Assembly (NCBI RefSeq): GCF_009914755.1
Contig: NC_060940.1
DNA length: 64,000 nucleotides
Strand: one strand, 5' to 3'
Origin: the human T2T-CHM13v2.0 reference genome, Homo sapiens
In this document: in pieces, positions 49,321 to 64,000 of the stretch
Layout: each line of letters begins with the position of its first letter
How positions within the stretch are numbered: the first letter of the stretch is position 1
Program-made: the position numbers and the translations under genes
The notes under the pieces: generated by a model
Seen by the model: the letters and a program-made list of their open reading frames with translations, nothing else
Told to the model about the DNA's origin: nothing
The model's database searches: none

Positions 49321-52237
49321 CTATCCTGGCCTAAATTTCAAATCTAAGCAAAGGGTAGAGTTTAAATACAACTCATAGGTTGAGAAATAGAAATACTTTT
49401 GGCAAAAGAACAAGATATCATGTAGTCCAGGGCAGAACGTTTTTGTGATTAAAGTAATATGACTTATTAGAGAGATTCAAAGATGAGACCTGGAAGATAC
49501 GCCTGACTTGAAATTATCCGGCTTATTATACCTCGATATCTATGAGTCAGAAAATGTATTGAATATGTTCAGCCTAATCCTTTTTTTGCTACTATTAGGA
49601 CTTATGACTATGCTTGTCATCACAAGATAGTTCAAGTATTTGTACTTCACAAGGGGAAGAGTAAGTTTTTTAACATTTATTGATCAAACGTTTTGTGTCA
49701 CACAATTTAGCTTATTTAATATTCATGATAACCTAATGAAGTATCAGTATACTCCATTTGTTCATTCAATTATTTTTTATAATACAGCTTATTATATTCT
49801 AAGCATTATTTGGGGCATAAAAATATGGCAGATAGCAAAATAGACAAAGATTCAATCCTCCCAAAGCCCACATACAAGTGAAGAGTAAGAATTATTTTAA
49901 TGTTTGTTCATTGTCTGTTAATTGACAATCAATATTGTAAAGAAAATGTACACATTGAACAAATCCTACAGGATTTCACATTATTTGAGATGATTACATT
50001 GTACATTATTCCTGATGAACATAAAAGATATTTGATGAGGTGATATTTGATTATAGTTTGATTTTTCAAAATTAATGAAGCCAAAAGCTTTTATCTCACC
50101 ATTACGCCCCTCTGTCTGATGCCTACCCTTTTCCTGAAATATAATAAAAATACTGGCATTTTAAGATGAATTTCTCCAGAGTTATTTGTATATCTGTACA
50201 AGCTAATAAAATTTGTCACTTCACCTTTTTACAGAATAAATAAAGGTTATAATATAAAACGATACACTCTTTTTTACCCTTTGATTATACAGAGACATGC
50301 TTTACTCTTTTCAAGAAATACATAGTGTGCCATGACACAAATGTTTCATAAGCTATTTAACTGGTTGGTAAAATGAAATTTTAGCTGAAATCTTAAGAAA
50401 GTGACAAAATACGATATGTGAATATATGAGCAAGAAATAATTCTTTTAAAAGTATAAACAGCAAGCACATGTTTTCTGAGTCAGAATCACACTGGATGCT
50501 AAGAAGACTACTGAGAAGAGCCATAAGATTAATACAGAGCATTAATGCAGTGTCATAAGAAATGCGGTTATCCAGGAAACTGGGGACAGAACCGGTTGAT
50601 CTCGTAGTTAATTTTGGATTTTATTGTGACAAAATAAACACCCATTAGAGAGTTTTGAATATATAACTAACATGCTAGGGTTTACAATTTAAAAGTATTA
50701 CTCTGGGAGTGGGGGGCAAGATGGCAGAATAGAAGGCTCCACCAATTGTCCCCCTTGCAAGGACACCAATTTAACAACTATCTACACAGAAAAAAATACC
50801 TTCATAAGAACCAGAAATCAGGCGAGCTGTCATAGTTACTGGTTTAAACTTCATCTCATTGAAAGAAACATGGAAGAGCTAGAAAAAAACAGTATTGGAT
50901 CGCCAAAGCCATCCCTTCCCCATCCTCTGGCAGTGGTGGTGCTATGCAGAGAGTGTTTCTGGGTGCTGGGAAGGGGGGATCACAGCAATTGTGAGGCATT
51001 GAACTCACAGCTGCCCCATTAGAGCAGAAAGGAAAACCAGACGAAACTCAGCTCATACACATGCACGGAGGTAGCATTTAAACTAGCCGTAGCCAGAAAG
51101 TTAATCACCAATCCCAGCAGTTGGAACCTAAGTTGGGATTAAGTGCTTTATGCTCTAAATAAACTTAAAAGACATTCTAGGCCCTAAGGACTGTAACTTA
51201 GAGGCAAGTCCAACTGGTCCCAGAGACAGACTGAGTGGAACATGTGACCTACTCTGACATCAGCTAAGGCAGCTAAGGAAGGGCTGACATCACCCCTTCT
51301 CTAATTCGGGCTGCACAGCTCAGGACTCCAGAAGAGACCTCTTCTTTCCACTTGAAGAGAGGGGAGGGAAGAGTGGGGAAGACTTTTTCTTCTGTCTTGG
51401 ATACCAGCTTAGCCACAGCAGCACAGGGCAGAGAGACTCCCCTCCAACCTCCCTATTCTAGGCCCTTGCTACCAGACATTTCTTGACACACTCTGGGCCA
51501 AGGGAAACCAGCTGCTTTGAAGGAAAGGACCCAGTCTTGAAAGAACCCATTCATAATCTGCTAACTAAAGAGCCCTTGGGCCCGGAATAACCAGCAGCAG
51601 TATCAAGGTACTATACCAAGGGCCTTGCATGAGCCTCTGAGAATTGCTGGCTTCAGGTTAGACTCCGCACAATACCAGCTGGGTGGCTACAGGGCAAAAC
51701 TTCTTCTGCTTGAGAGAAGCAGAGGAAAAAGTAAAGGAGACTTTGTCTTGAACCTTAGGTACCAGCACAGCCACAGGTGGGTAGAGTACCAAAAAGGCTC
51801 TTGGGGTCCCCAATTCCAGAACTTGCTTCTTGGACAGCATCTCTAGACCTGCCCTGGACCAGAAGGCAACCCATTGCCCTGAAAAGTGAGTCCCAGGCCA
51901 GGCAACATTCACCCCAAGCTGACTGAAAAGATCTTAGGCCCTAAGGGAATATCAGCTATAGTCTGGCAGTACACCCTGTGGCCTGTGGTGGCAGTGGCCA
52001 TGGGGTGAGGCACTCTGCCTTTGGAAAGGTGAAGAAAGAGTGGGAAAGACTGTGTCTTCTTGTATGAGTGCCAGCTTAACCACAGTACAATAGAATGCCA
52101 GGTAGCAGGTAGACTTCTAAGGTTTTTTACCCTGGTCTGTGACTCCCAGACAATACCTCTGGACTGACCCAGGGCCTGGAGGAACTCATTGCCCTGAAAG
52201 GCAGGACACAGACTTGGCTGGCTTTGCCACCTGATGA

Positions 52238-52533
52238 TATTTTTCTTTTTTAGATGGAGTCTCGCTCTGTCGCCCAGGCTGGAGTGCAGTGGCGCAATCT
52301 CGGCTCACTGCAAGCTCTGCCTCTCGGGTTCATGCCATTCTCCTGCCTCAGCCTCCTGAGTAGCTGGGACTACAAGCACCTGCCACCATGCCTGGCTAAT
52401 TTTTTTGTATTTTTTAGTAGAGATGGGGTTTCACCTTGTTAGCCAGGATGGTCTCGATCTCCTGAGCTCATGATCCGCCCACCTCAGCCTCCCAAAGTGC
52501 TAGGATTACAGACGTGAGCCACCGCGCCCAGCC
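52238..52533 (-). mobile_element. AluY-like at the L1 deletion junction
   Basis: 'gcaagctc', 'tcatgccattct', 'ttagccaggatggtctcgatc'; no TSD. Confidence 0.93.
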
Positions 52534-53787
52534 TGAAATAATATTAAGCATCTGCTCTGACCACAGTGAAATACAACTAGAAATTAATAACAAGAGGAAT
52601 TTTAATAGCTATACAAATACATGGAAATTAAACAATATGCTCTTCAATGACCAGTGAGTAAATAAAAAAATTAAAGAGAAAATTGAAAAATGTCTTGAAA
52701 CAAATAATAATGGAAAAACAACATACTATACTACGGGATACAGCAAAAGCAGTACTCAGAAGGAAGTTCATAGCTGTAAGTGTCTACATCAAAAACAGAA
52801 AAAAACTTCGAATAAATAATCTAATGATGCATCTTAAATAACTATGAAAATTAATAAAGATCAGAGCAGAAATAAATGAAACAGGAATGAAGAAAACAAT
52901 ACAAAAGATCAATGAAACAAAAAGTTGGTTTTTTGAAAAGTTCAACGCAGTTGGCAAACCTTCAGCCAGACAAAGAAAAAGAGAGAAGATACAAATAAAT
53001 AAAACTGTAAATGAAAAAGTAGACATTACAAGTGATACTCCAGCAATTCAAAGGATCATTACAGGATACTGTAAACACCTTTATGCCAATATATTGGAAA
53101 ACCTGAAAGAAGTGGACAAATTTGTAGACACATAAAACCTACTAAGATTGAACCAGGAAGAAGTTCAAAACACATGAACAGACAATAACAAATGATGAGA
53201 TCAAGGCCATAACAAAAAGTCTCGCAGTAAAGAAAAGGCCAGGACCCAATGGCTTCACTGCTGAATTCTACCAAACATTTAAAGAAAGTTAATACCAATC
53301 CCACTCAAACTACTCTGAAGAATAGAGGAGGGGGGAAACTTCCGTACTCATTCTGTGAAGTCAGTATTGCCTTGACAACAAAATCATACAGACACATCAA
53401 AAAAAGAAAACGAAAGACCATTATCTCTAATGAATATTGATGCAAAAATCTTCAACAAAATACTAGCAAACTGAATTCAGCAATATATTAGAAAGATCTT
53501 TTGTCATGACCAAGTAAGATTTATCAACCCTGGGATGCAAGGATCCTTCAAAATATGCAAATCAATCACTGTGATACATAATGTCAACAGAATAAAGGAT
53601 AAAAACTGTGTGATTGTTTCAATTGATGCTGAAAAAAACACAATAAAATGTAATATCCCTTCATGATAAAAACCCTTAGTAAACTGTGTATAGAATGAAC
53701 ATATATCAACATAATAAAAGCCATATACAACAGAACCACAGCTAGTATTATATTAAATGGGGGAAAAAACAAAAGCCTTTCCTCTAA

Positions 53788-54214
<427 letters not shown>

Positions 54215-55232
54215 TAAATCAGATAAGAGAAAGAAATAAAAGGCATCCATATTGAAAAAGAGGAAATCAATTTATCCTTGTTTGCAGATGATATGATCAT
54301 GTACTTGGAAAAACCTACACTCCAGAAGAAAACTATCAGAATTGTTAAACAAATTCATTGAAGTTGCTGGATACAAAAGCAACAAATAAAAATCAGTAGC
54401 ATTTCTATATGTCAACAGTGAGGGATCTGAAAAAGAAGTTAAAAAGTAATCCCATTTACAATAGCCAAAAATAAAATTAAACACTTAGAAATGAACCAAA
54501 GAAGTGAAATATCTCTATAATGAAAATTATAAAATGCTGCTGAAAGGAATTAAAGAGGACACAAAATATGGAAGAATATTCTATGTTCATAGATAGGAAG
54601 AACCAATATTGTTAAAATGTTCATTCTACCCAAAGCAATCTACAGTTTCAATGCAATTCCTATCAAAATACCAATGACATTCTTCACAGGAATAGAAAAA
54701 GACCCTAAAATGTACATGAATCCTCAAAAGACCCAGAATAGGCACATCTATTTTAAGAAAAGAGAACAAAATTGAAAGAATCACATTACTTGACTTTAAA
54801 TAATACTATAGAGCTATAGTAACCAAAACAGCATGGTACTGACATGAAAACAAAGACATAGACCAATGGAACAGAATAGAGAACCCAGAAACAAATCCAC
54901 ACACATACAGTGAACTTGTTTTTGACAAAGATGCCAAGAATGTACACTGGGGAAAAGGCAGTCTTTTCAGTAAGTTGTGCTGGGGAAACCAGATATCCAT
55001 ATGCAGAAAAATGAATCTAGACCCCCTATACCTTGCTATATACAAAAAGAAAATCAAAATGGACTGAATACTTAAATCTAAGCCCTCAAATTATGAAATT
55101 ATTACAAGAAAACATCACAAAAACTCCTCAGGATATCAGTCTGGGCAAAAGTTTCTTCAGCAATACCTCACAAGCACAGGCAACAAAAGTAAAAATGGAC
55201 AAATTGGATCACATCAAGTTAAAAAGCTTCTG

Positions 55233-55505
55233 AAAAACTATCACAAGAACAGAAAACCAAATACTGCATGTCCTCACTCAAAAGTGGGAGTTGAACAATG
55301 AGAACACATGGACATAGGGAGGGGAACATCACACATGGGGGCCTGCTTAGGGGTGGGGGACTAGGGGAGGGATAGCATTAGGAGAAATAACTAATGTAGA
55401 TGACGGGTTGATAGGTGCAGCAAACCACCATGGCACATGTATAACTATGTAACAAACCTGCATGTTCTGCACAAGTATCCCAGAACTTAAAGTATAATAT
55501 ATATT
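55233..55505 (+). mobile_element. L1PA (PA7/8-like) 3' end nested in L1MA ORF2
   Basis: L1PA 3'UTR; TSD ttaaaaa(g)cttctg on both sides. Confidence 0.9.
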
Positions 55506-57986
55506 TTAAAAACTTCTGCAAAGTAAAGGATACAATCAGCAAAGTGAAGAGACAACTCACAGAATGGAAGAAAATATTTGCAAACTTCCCATCTGACAAG
55601 GGATTAGTAATAATATATAAGGAGCTCAAACAGCTGTATAGGAAAAAATCTAATAAGCTACTCAAAAACTGGGCAAAAGATTTGAATAGACATTTCCTGA
55701 AAGAAGACATACAAATGACCAGCAGGAATCAGAAAATGTGATCAACATCACTGATCATCAGAGATATGCAAATCAAAACTATAATGAGATATCATCTCAT
55801 CTCAGTTAAAATTGCTTATATCCAAAAGACAGACAATAACAAATGTTGGTGAGGATGTAGAGAAAATGGAACCCTCTTACACTGTCAGTGGGAATGTAAA
55901 TTAGTACAACCACTATGGAGGACAGTTTGAGGTTCCTCAAAAAACTGAAAATAGAGCTACCATATGATCCAGCAATCCCTCTTCTGCATCTATACCCAAA
56001 AAGTATATTGAAGACATATCTGCACTTCCATGTTTATTGCAGCACTGTTCACAATAGCTAAGATTTGGGAGCAACTTTAATATACATCAACAGAAGAATG
56101 GATAAAGAAAATGTAGTGTGTATACATATATATACATACAATGGAGTACTATTCAGCTGTAAAAAAGAATGAGATCATGTCATTTGCAACAACATGGATG
56201 GAACTGGAGATCACTCTGTTAAGCGAAATAAGCCAGACACAGAAAGGCAAACATCACATGTTCTCACTTATGTGTGGGGTTTAGAAATTAAAACAATTGA
56301 ACTCGCGAACATAGAGAGTAGAAGGATGATTACCAGAGGCCAGGAAGGGAGGTAGGGATGGTTAATGGGTACAAAAAAAATAGAAAAAAAATGAATAAGA
56401 CCTATTATTTGATAACACAATAGGATGATTATAGTCAATAATAACTTAATTGTACATTTAAAAATAACTAAAAGAGTGTAATTGGGTTGTTTGCAACTCA
56501 AAAGATAAATGCTTGAGGGAATGGACACCCCATTCTCCATGATGTGCTTATTTCACGTTGCAAACTTGTATCAAAACATCTTGTATACCCCATAAATATA
56601 TACATCTATTGTATACCCACAAAAATAAAAATTAAAAAATAATTAAAAAATAATCAGTCGTCACAAACAAAAAAATAAAAATAAAAGTGTTACTCTGTTT
56701 TCTGTATTGAGAATAAATTCTAAGAGAGACAGTATGGAGGCAGGTAGGCCAATTAGAAGACTTTTGCAGTAACTCAGGCCTTAGATAATGATGAGTTGGA
56801 CTAGTGGTAACCAGAGGACATAATGAGCATTGGTTAGATCATAGTTATATTTTGTAGTTAGAGTCAGCAGGATTTGATCATGCATTGAATCAGCAATAGC
56901 AATAGTGAGATTATGCAAAGAGTCAATGACAATGTGAAGGTATTTGTCCTGGGTCTCTGAAGGAATGGAAGGGTATGAGTGAAATGAGATTGAACATAGG
57001 GAACACAAACTCTGATGTCTACAGGAGCCAGAAGGTCATGAGAAGAAGAAAAGTGAACTGGGTTTATGTTTATATGGATTAATGGTGTGAATCATGGATA
57101 CTGTTTTAGCTAGGGCAGTCTTGGTCCACATAATGGAATCGGCTGTATCCAATTGTTTCCATGAGGTAAGTAGACCTAGAATTTGTTTCCGAATCTTCTA
57201 ATTTTTCAAGAGAATTTTGAAGGCTGCCATTTTGAAACATCTTTCCCCTTTTTCACCAAAATCAATCAACGAGGCAAGCAAGTCTAACTCTTAAAAACTA
57301 AGAGTCAGAGAACTTGAAGTTTGACTAAAGCTTTGCAAATGTAAATTTTGTAGTGCCGGTCTTTCTGATTTCCAAGTGTTCTTGCATCACAACCTTAATA
57401 TGCAATGGTCTCGACTCTGAATTCCAATCTTTCTGCCCCAATACTGTTCTGAAATCCACATTACTTCTACCAATCATCAACCTCTTTTGCTGAAATTCCA
57501 CATTGTGCCATTATGCGAACTGCATTCTACAAAAAAACTGGATACAATGGAGAGTCTAGCATTTGGAGTTAAGGATGTGGGTTTAAGTAGTTTAGTTTTA
57601 TTATAACCTGTCCAAAATTTTGTGTCATCAGATGTATTATGAAAGTTGTAAAACTGTATTATTGTTGTAAGGACCAAATGAGACAATAGTTTTCAAAAAG
57701 TTATCTGTAGTACTTCACATCTATGCATTAAATAAGCTTAAAATTCTTGCTTCAAAGTCGTTACTTTTTAAAAATGTTCATACACTTAGATCTACTTCTA
57801 TTAAGTACTCTTTTAATAAATGAGAATTTTAATGGGGTTTTAGTAAAATAATTTAAACATTTTTGTAAATAAAGAAATAATTCCAGCCAGAGATTTATAT
57901 ATTCACATAAATGTGTGTGCACTGTGTACACATACACAAATCAATGTGTGTGTCTGCTGTGTACATCATGTGGGCTATGTACAATA

Positions 57987-58321
57987 TAGAGTCACCTCTT
58001 GGTATCTGTGGGAGATTGATTCAAAACGTCCTGTGAACACTAAAACTTGCAGATGCTTAAGCCCTGATACAAAATGGCATAGTATTTGTATATAACTTAT
58101 GCACTTTCTCTCATATACTTTAAATCATCTCTAGGTTACTTATAATATCTGATACAATGTAAATGCTATGTAAATAGTTGTTATGCTGTATTGTTTAGGG
58201 AATAATGACAGGAAAAATTAAGTCTGTACATGTTTAGTATATACATAATTTTAAAAATATTTTTTATTCACAATTGGTTGTATCCATGGATGTGGAACTC
58301 ATAAATATAAAAGACTGACTG
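57987..58321. mobile_element. MER2 (TcMar-Tigger)
   Basis: Full-length MER2 pattern ending 'gactgactg' + TA. Confidence 0.85.
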
Positions 58322-60720
58322 TATGCAAATCAACACCTGTAATATATTACATTAACAGAATTAAGTACAAAAAGAATATGATCATTTATATGGATGCAAG
58401 AAAGGCATTTGAGAAAACACAATATCTTTTTATGAGAAAAACTCTCAACAAATTAAGTATAGAAGGTACGTACATCAACACAATAAAATCCGTATATGAA
58501 AAACCCATAGCTAATACGATATTGAATGGGGAAAATTTGAAAACTTTCACCCTAAGGTCTAGAGTAAGACAAGGGTGCCTCCTTTCACCACTTCTATTCA
58601 AAATAAAAGGTATCCAACTTGGAAAGGAGAAAGTCAAACTATCCCTGTTTGCAGATGACATCATCCTACACACAGAAAACCATAAAGATTTCACGAAAAT
58701 ATTAGAACTAATAAACAAATTAAGTAAAGTTGTAGGACCACGAAGACAACATATAAAAATCAGGAGCATTTCCATATGCTAATAGTGAACTAACTGAAAA
58801 ATAGATCAAGGAAATAATTCTATTTACTATAGCTATACACACAAAAAAAAATACCTAGGAATAAATTTAACCAAGGAGGTAAGAGATATCTTTTTTGAAA
58901 ACTATAAAACAGCGATGAAAGAAATTGAAGAGGACACAAATAAATGGACGATATCACACGTCCATGAATTAGAAGAGTGAATATTGTTTAAATGTCCTAC
59001 TGCCCAAAGAGACATACAGATTCAATGCAATCCCTATGAAAATACAAATGTCAATCTTCTCAGAAATTAAAAAAAAATCTAAAATTTGTATAAGGCCACA
59101 AAAGAACTGAAATAGCAAAAAAAAAACTTGGGAAAAAAAAATGGAGGCATCACATTACCCAACTTCAAAATATACTACAAAGCTATAGTAACAAAAATGC
59201 CATGGCATTGGCATAAAAACGGACACATAGACCAATGAAACAGAATTGAAAGCCCAGAAATAAATCCACATATTTACAGCTGACTGATTTTTGGAAAACT
59301 TGCCAATAACACACATTAAGGAAAGGACAGTCTCTTCAATAAACAGTGCTGAGAAAACTGGTGGTCCACATGCAGAAGAATCAAATATCCCTTTCACAAT
59401 GTATAAAAATAAACTCAAAATGTATTAAAAGATAAATATAAGACCTAAAGCTATGAAATTACTAGAAGAAAACTTGGGGAAAATTCTTGACATTAGAAAG
59501 GGTAATAACTTTTTGGATATGACTTCAAAAGCACAGGCAACTAAAACTAAAATAGACAGAATGACATCAAGTTAAAAAGCATATTTTAGCAAAAGAAAAA
59601 ATCAACAGAGGGAAAAGACAACCCACAGAATAGGAGAAAATTTTTACAAATTGTACATCTGCCAAGGGATTAATTCCCAGAATAAATAAGAAACACTGAG
59701 AATTCAAGAGCAACATTAAAAAAAAATCCAATGAAAAAATGAAAAATGTCAAATCACCTCAATAAATGTGTCTCAAAAGAAGACATACATACGGCAAACA
59801 GATATATAAAAAAAAGCCCAACATCACTAATCGTTAGGGAAATACAAATCAAACCCACTATGAGATATTACCTTAGTCCAGTTAGAATGGCTATTATCAA
59901 AAAGAAAAAAGGTGAGAAGTGTTGGTGAAGATGTAAAGAAAAAGGAACCTTTACATCCTGTTGTTGGAAATGTAAATTAGTACAGTCATTATGAAAAATA
60001 GTATAAAAGTTCCTTGAAAAATTAAAATAGTGCCACCATATTTTCTATCAATGCCACTACTGAGTAAATATCCAAAGAAAATGAAATCAGTATGTGGAAG
60101 AGATATCTGCACTTCCATGTTTAATCAAGGACTATTCACAATAGCCAAATATGGAATCAACCTAAGTGTCTACTAATGGATGAACAGATAAAGAAAATGT
60201 AGTATATATACATAATGGAATACTATTAATCCATGAAAAATAATGAAATTTTGTCATTTGTGACAATATGGATGAGCCTGGAAGACCTTAAGTGAAATAA
60301 GCCAAACACAAAAATGAAAATGTCTTTTTTACTCATATTTGGATTCTAAAAAGTGGACCTCAAAGAAGTAGAGAATAGAACAATAATTACCAGAGAGTGG
60401 GGAGGGGCACAGAAAGGAAGAAATGGGAATAGATTGATAGATTGCCCAACACATATAAAGTTACAATTACATAGGAGGAATAAGTTCCAGGTGTCTTATT
60501 GCACAATAGGGTGACTATAATTAACAATGATGCATCGAATATGTCAAAATAGGTAGAAGAGAGGATTTTGAATGTTTTCACTACAAAGTAATGATAAATG
60601 TTTGATGTAATGGATATCCCAATTATTCTGATTTGATCATTACACAATGCATACATGTATGGAAATGTCACATTATACCCCATAAATATGTACAATTATT
60701 ACATCAGATAAAATTTAAAA
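58322..60720 (+). mobile_element. L1MA (MA4-8-like) ORF2 RT to 3'UTR
   Basis: ORF 58378 'DARKAFEK..RQGCLLSPLLF..LSLFADDIIL'; L1MA 3'UTR 60400-60710. Confidence 0.9.
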
Positions 60721-61944
60721 CATATTTTCACACACATTAAAAAATATTTTATAAATATAGAAATAAATTTAATTGTGCAATACTTTATAATAAAATGCAC
60801 ATAAACTGAGATGAAATGTATTAAACTGTTAACAGAATTAATCTCTAAAAATTCTATTATGAATAATTCATATTTTTCTCCTGATATATTTATCTATCTT
60901 TCCAAATTATTTACTATTTTTAACCATATAGCAAACATTATTTTTAAAGTGCAATAAATAAAAGGACTCATTTTCTAAAGGGCATAAGAAAATGTTAATT
61001 CGTATTACAATGATACCATATCTCTCTTTTTCATGCTGGTGAAATTCCAGGAACATAGATATAGTAATATACTAGCTCTACAAGGGGAAATGAAGTTAAA
61101 TCGCTTTGCAGAAGGGTTCTACATTTCCTTAGTATAAAAATTTACAATAAAATTATGTGAAATAAAGAAAAAAACCTTCAGACCATTCATATTCCTAGAC
61201 CAACTTGAAAAGGTTACAAAAGTTATGTACAAAGATTTCTATTGTGCCGTTAGCTAAAATGCAAATAAATTAAGAAGAGATGATAAATAAAAGCATGATT
61301 ATTATTTCTTGTTAATAGATACTCCTTATTGTAAGGCACTTTTGAATAATAAAAACATACTAAACCCAAAAATTTTAATATATTTGTTTGAAACATTTCT
61401 CAGAAAAGTGGATTATTTTATATTTTCATCTTTACTCCAAGTTCTTTACATTAAAAAAAAATAAGTCTGTGTTTCTTGGTTAAGTCTGGGACTCATTGGC
61501 GATGGAATAGAAGGGGCAGTGGCCCTACATTCTCTCTATTCTTAGAGAATCAGACCTATGTCAGGCTGCTGCTGGAAGGACTGTTGGGCTGGGATCTAGC
61601 AGAGAATTATGCCCAATTGCTGGTCTTTTTTATTATGAACAAACAGTGAGAAAAACATTATTCAACAAGAAATACTTTTAGCTTGGACATCAACCAGTCT
61701 GAGAATAGATGTTAGCCCTGTAGGCAAGCATAAGAAATGAGCAGCTACTAACGTTTGAAATCCTTTGCTATCCCATGCAAAGTTACATTCAGGTATGACC
61801 TCTCTCACTTAGGTGAAGTGGGGAAAAATGTGGGACATTGTAATCCTTCTTGCTAGTGGCAGGGAGTCATCATTCCCAATCTGTAGAAAGCTCCTTGGGT
61901 TAGTCATCAGACAGTATTGCTTATCTCCACAAAAATTTTCATGG

Positions 61945-63840
61945 CTCAGTGTAAAAAAAAAATTCAAATGAAGACTAAATAAAATGCAAGATAGAACATC
62001 AAAAAAGAAGATCAATAATAAGGAAATAGAATCTTTGGACAACACTCTAGACCAAATAGACCTAACAGACAAATGTAGAACATTCTACCCAACAGCAGCA
62101 GAATACACTTTCTTCTCAAGTGCACATTGAATAGTCTTTGCATGTTAGGTCACACAACAAATCTTAAGAAATTTAAGAAAGTTGAAATCACAACCTTTAC
62201 ATTTTTCAAATGCAATGGCATGAAAATAGAAATTAATGACAGAAGGAAATCTGAAAAATTAACAAACATGTGGAAATTAAACAATGCACTCTTGAACAGC
62301 CACTCGGTAATAGAAATGAAAAGAGAGTTTAGAAATTAGAAACTATCTTGAGACCAATGAAAATAAACACACAACATATTAAAACTTCAGGCATGAGGCA
62401 AAATTATAACTGAGGGGGAATTTTACAGTGAGAAAATTTTTACTTATATTTTTGAAAAACTGAAATAACCAAACTTTACATCTCAAGGAACTAGAAAACA
62501 AACGTACGATAAAAACCTCATCATCACTGGTCATTAGAGAAATGCAAATGAAAACCACAATACCATCGCACGCCAGTTAGAACTATGATCATTAAAAAGT
62601 CGGGAAACAACAGATGCTGGAGAGGATGTGGAGAATTAGGAATGCTTTTACACTCTTGGTGGGTGTATAAATTAGTTCAACTATTGTGGAAGACAGTGTG
62701 GTGATTCCTCAAGGATCTATAACCAGAAATGCCATTTGACCCAGCAATCCCATTACTGGGAATATACCCAAAGGATTATAAATCATTCTACTATAAAGAT
62801 ACATCCACACGTATGTTTATTGCAGCATTATTAACAATGGCAAAGACTCGGAACCAACCCAAATGCCCATCAGTGATAGACTGGATAAAGAAAATGTGGC
62901 ACATATACATCATGGAATACTCTGCAGCCATAAAAAAAGATGAGTTCATGCCCTTTGCAGGGACATGGACAAACCTGGAAACCATTATTCTCAGCAAATT
63001 AACACAAGAACAGAAAACTGAACACTGCATGTTCTCACTCATAAGTGGGAGTTGAACAATGAGAACACATGGACACAGGGAGGGGAAATCACACACCGGG
63101 GCCTGTCGGGGAATGGGGGGCTAGGGGAAGGATAGCATTAGAGAAAAACCTAATGTAGGTGACGGGTTGATGGGTGCAGCAAACCACCATGGCACGTGTA
63201 TACCTATATAACAAACCTCCACGTTCTGCATATGTACCCCGGAACTTAAAGTATAATTTTTTTGAAAAAGAAATTACGTTGCATTCCAAAAAAATAAGCA
63301 AAGAACAACTTAAGCCCAAAGTTATCAGAAAGAAGGAAATAAAATTAGAGCAGATATAAACAAAATAGAGAACAGAAAAACAATAGAACATATCAAAGAA
63401 GCTAAGTTGTTTTCAAAGATCAACAAAATTGACAAACTTTTAGATAGATTAAGAAAAAATAAGATATCATTCAGCCTGTATAATGAAGGAAATCCTGTTA
63501 GACGCCACAGCATGGATGCATCTTGAGGACATTAGGCTAAGTGAGAAAAGATAGTCACAGAAGGACAAATACTGTGTAATTTCATTTACATAAAGTATCT
63601 AAAGTAGTCAGACTCATTGAAACAGAAAGCATAATGTTGGTTGCCAAGGGTTGAGGGGAGGAAAAAATGGGGGGTTGCTGTCCAAGATACAGAAAAATTC
63701 AGTCTGAAGGATGAAAATGTTCTGGGGGTATTCTGTATAGCCTTGCACTTAATAAAACAATACTCTAATGTATACTCCAATGTACACTTAAAAATTTGTT
63801 AGGCAGGTAGATATGTGTTTTTTAGCAAAATTAAAAAGCA
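61945..63840 (+). mobile_element. Old L1M ORF2 endonuclease region plus L1MB-like 3'UTR, split by L1PA
   Basis: 'gacctaacagac..tagaacattctacccaacagcagcagaatacac'; 3'UTR 'ttgaggacattaggctaagtga..aaggacaaatactg'. Confidence 0.8.
62511..63258 (+). mobile_element. 5'-truncated L1PA (PA7-like)
   Basis: ORF 62729 '[31 protein letters not shown]'; L1PA 3'UTR. Confidence 0.93.
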
Positions 63841-64000
63841 AGATAGTATAGTTATTTTTGTTGTTGCTGTTATGGTTTTTGTTGTTAAGTGACAGGTTCT
63901 CTGAAGAGTTTTAAATACCTTTTTCTCGGTTAATCCTCACATCAGCACTAAAACAAAAGTAGAGATGAGAAAATTAAACTTAGAGAGTCTATGTACAGTT

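Noticed and set aside
56995-57260. Possible hAT-Charlie MER fragment
   Set aside because: Too degenerate to name or bound by eye
58378-58782. Reverse-transcriptase-like ORF as a novel retron/RT system
   Set aside because: Decayed L1MA ORF2 fragment with deletions and frameshifts

Overview
This is primate (human or great-ape-like) nuclear DNA, not microbial. It is AT-rich and CpG-poor, and a large part is interspersed repeats: 13 Alu/FLAM copies, many L1 fragments from L1PA2/3 to L1MC age, L2, MIR, MLT1 LTRs and MER/MADE DNA transposons, plus long (TTTC)n tracts. I recognise no protein-coding gene, RNA gene or CRISPR array. Every long ORF in the track is a microsatellite, Alu or L1 ORF2 read-through. 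The window looks intronic or intergenic, with a few candidate non-coding exons; the best are two on the minus strand at 4.2-4.9 kb. I found no convincing new biological system. The most interesting signals are rearrangement scars: three apparent locally templated insertions, an Alu at a multi-kb L1 deletion, two L1s of different ages sharing a truncation point and a nonsense change, and a twin-primed L1. There is also a compact D-box/RFX motif cluster. Subfamily names are from memory of consensus sequences, and boundaries of old repeats are approximate.
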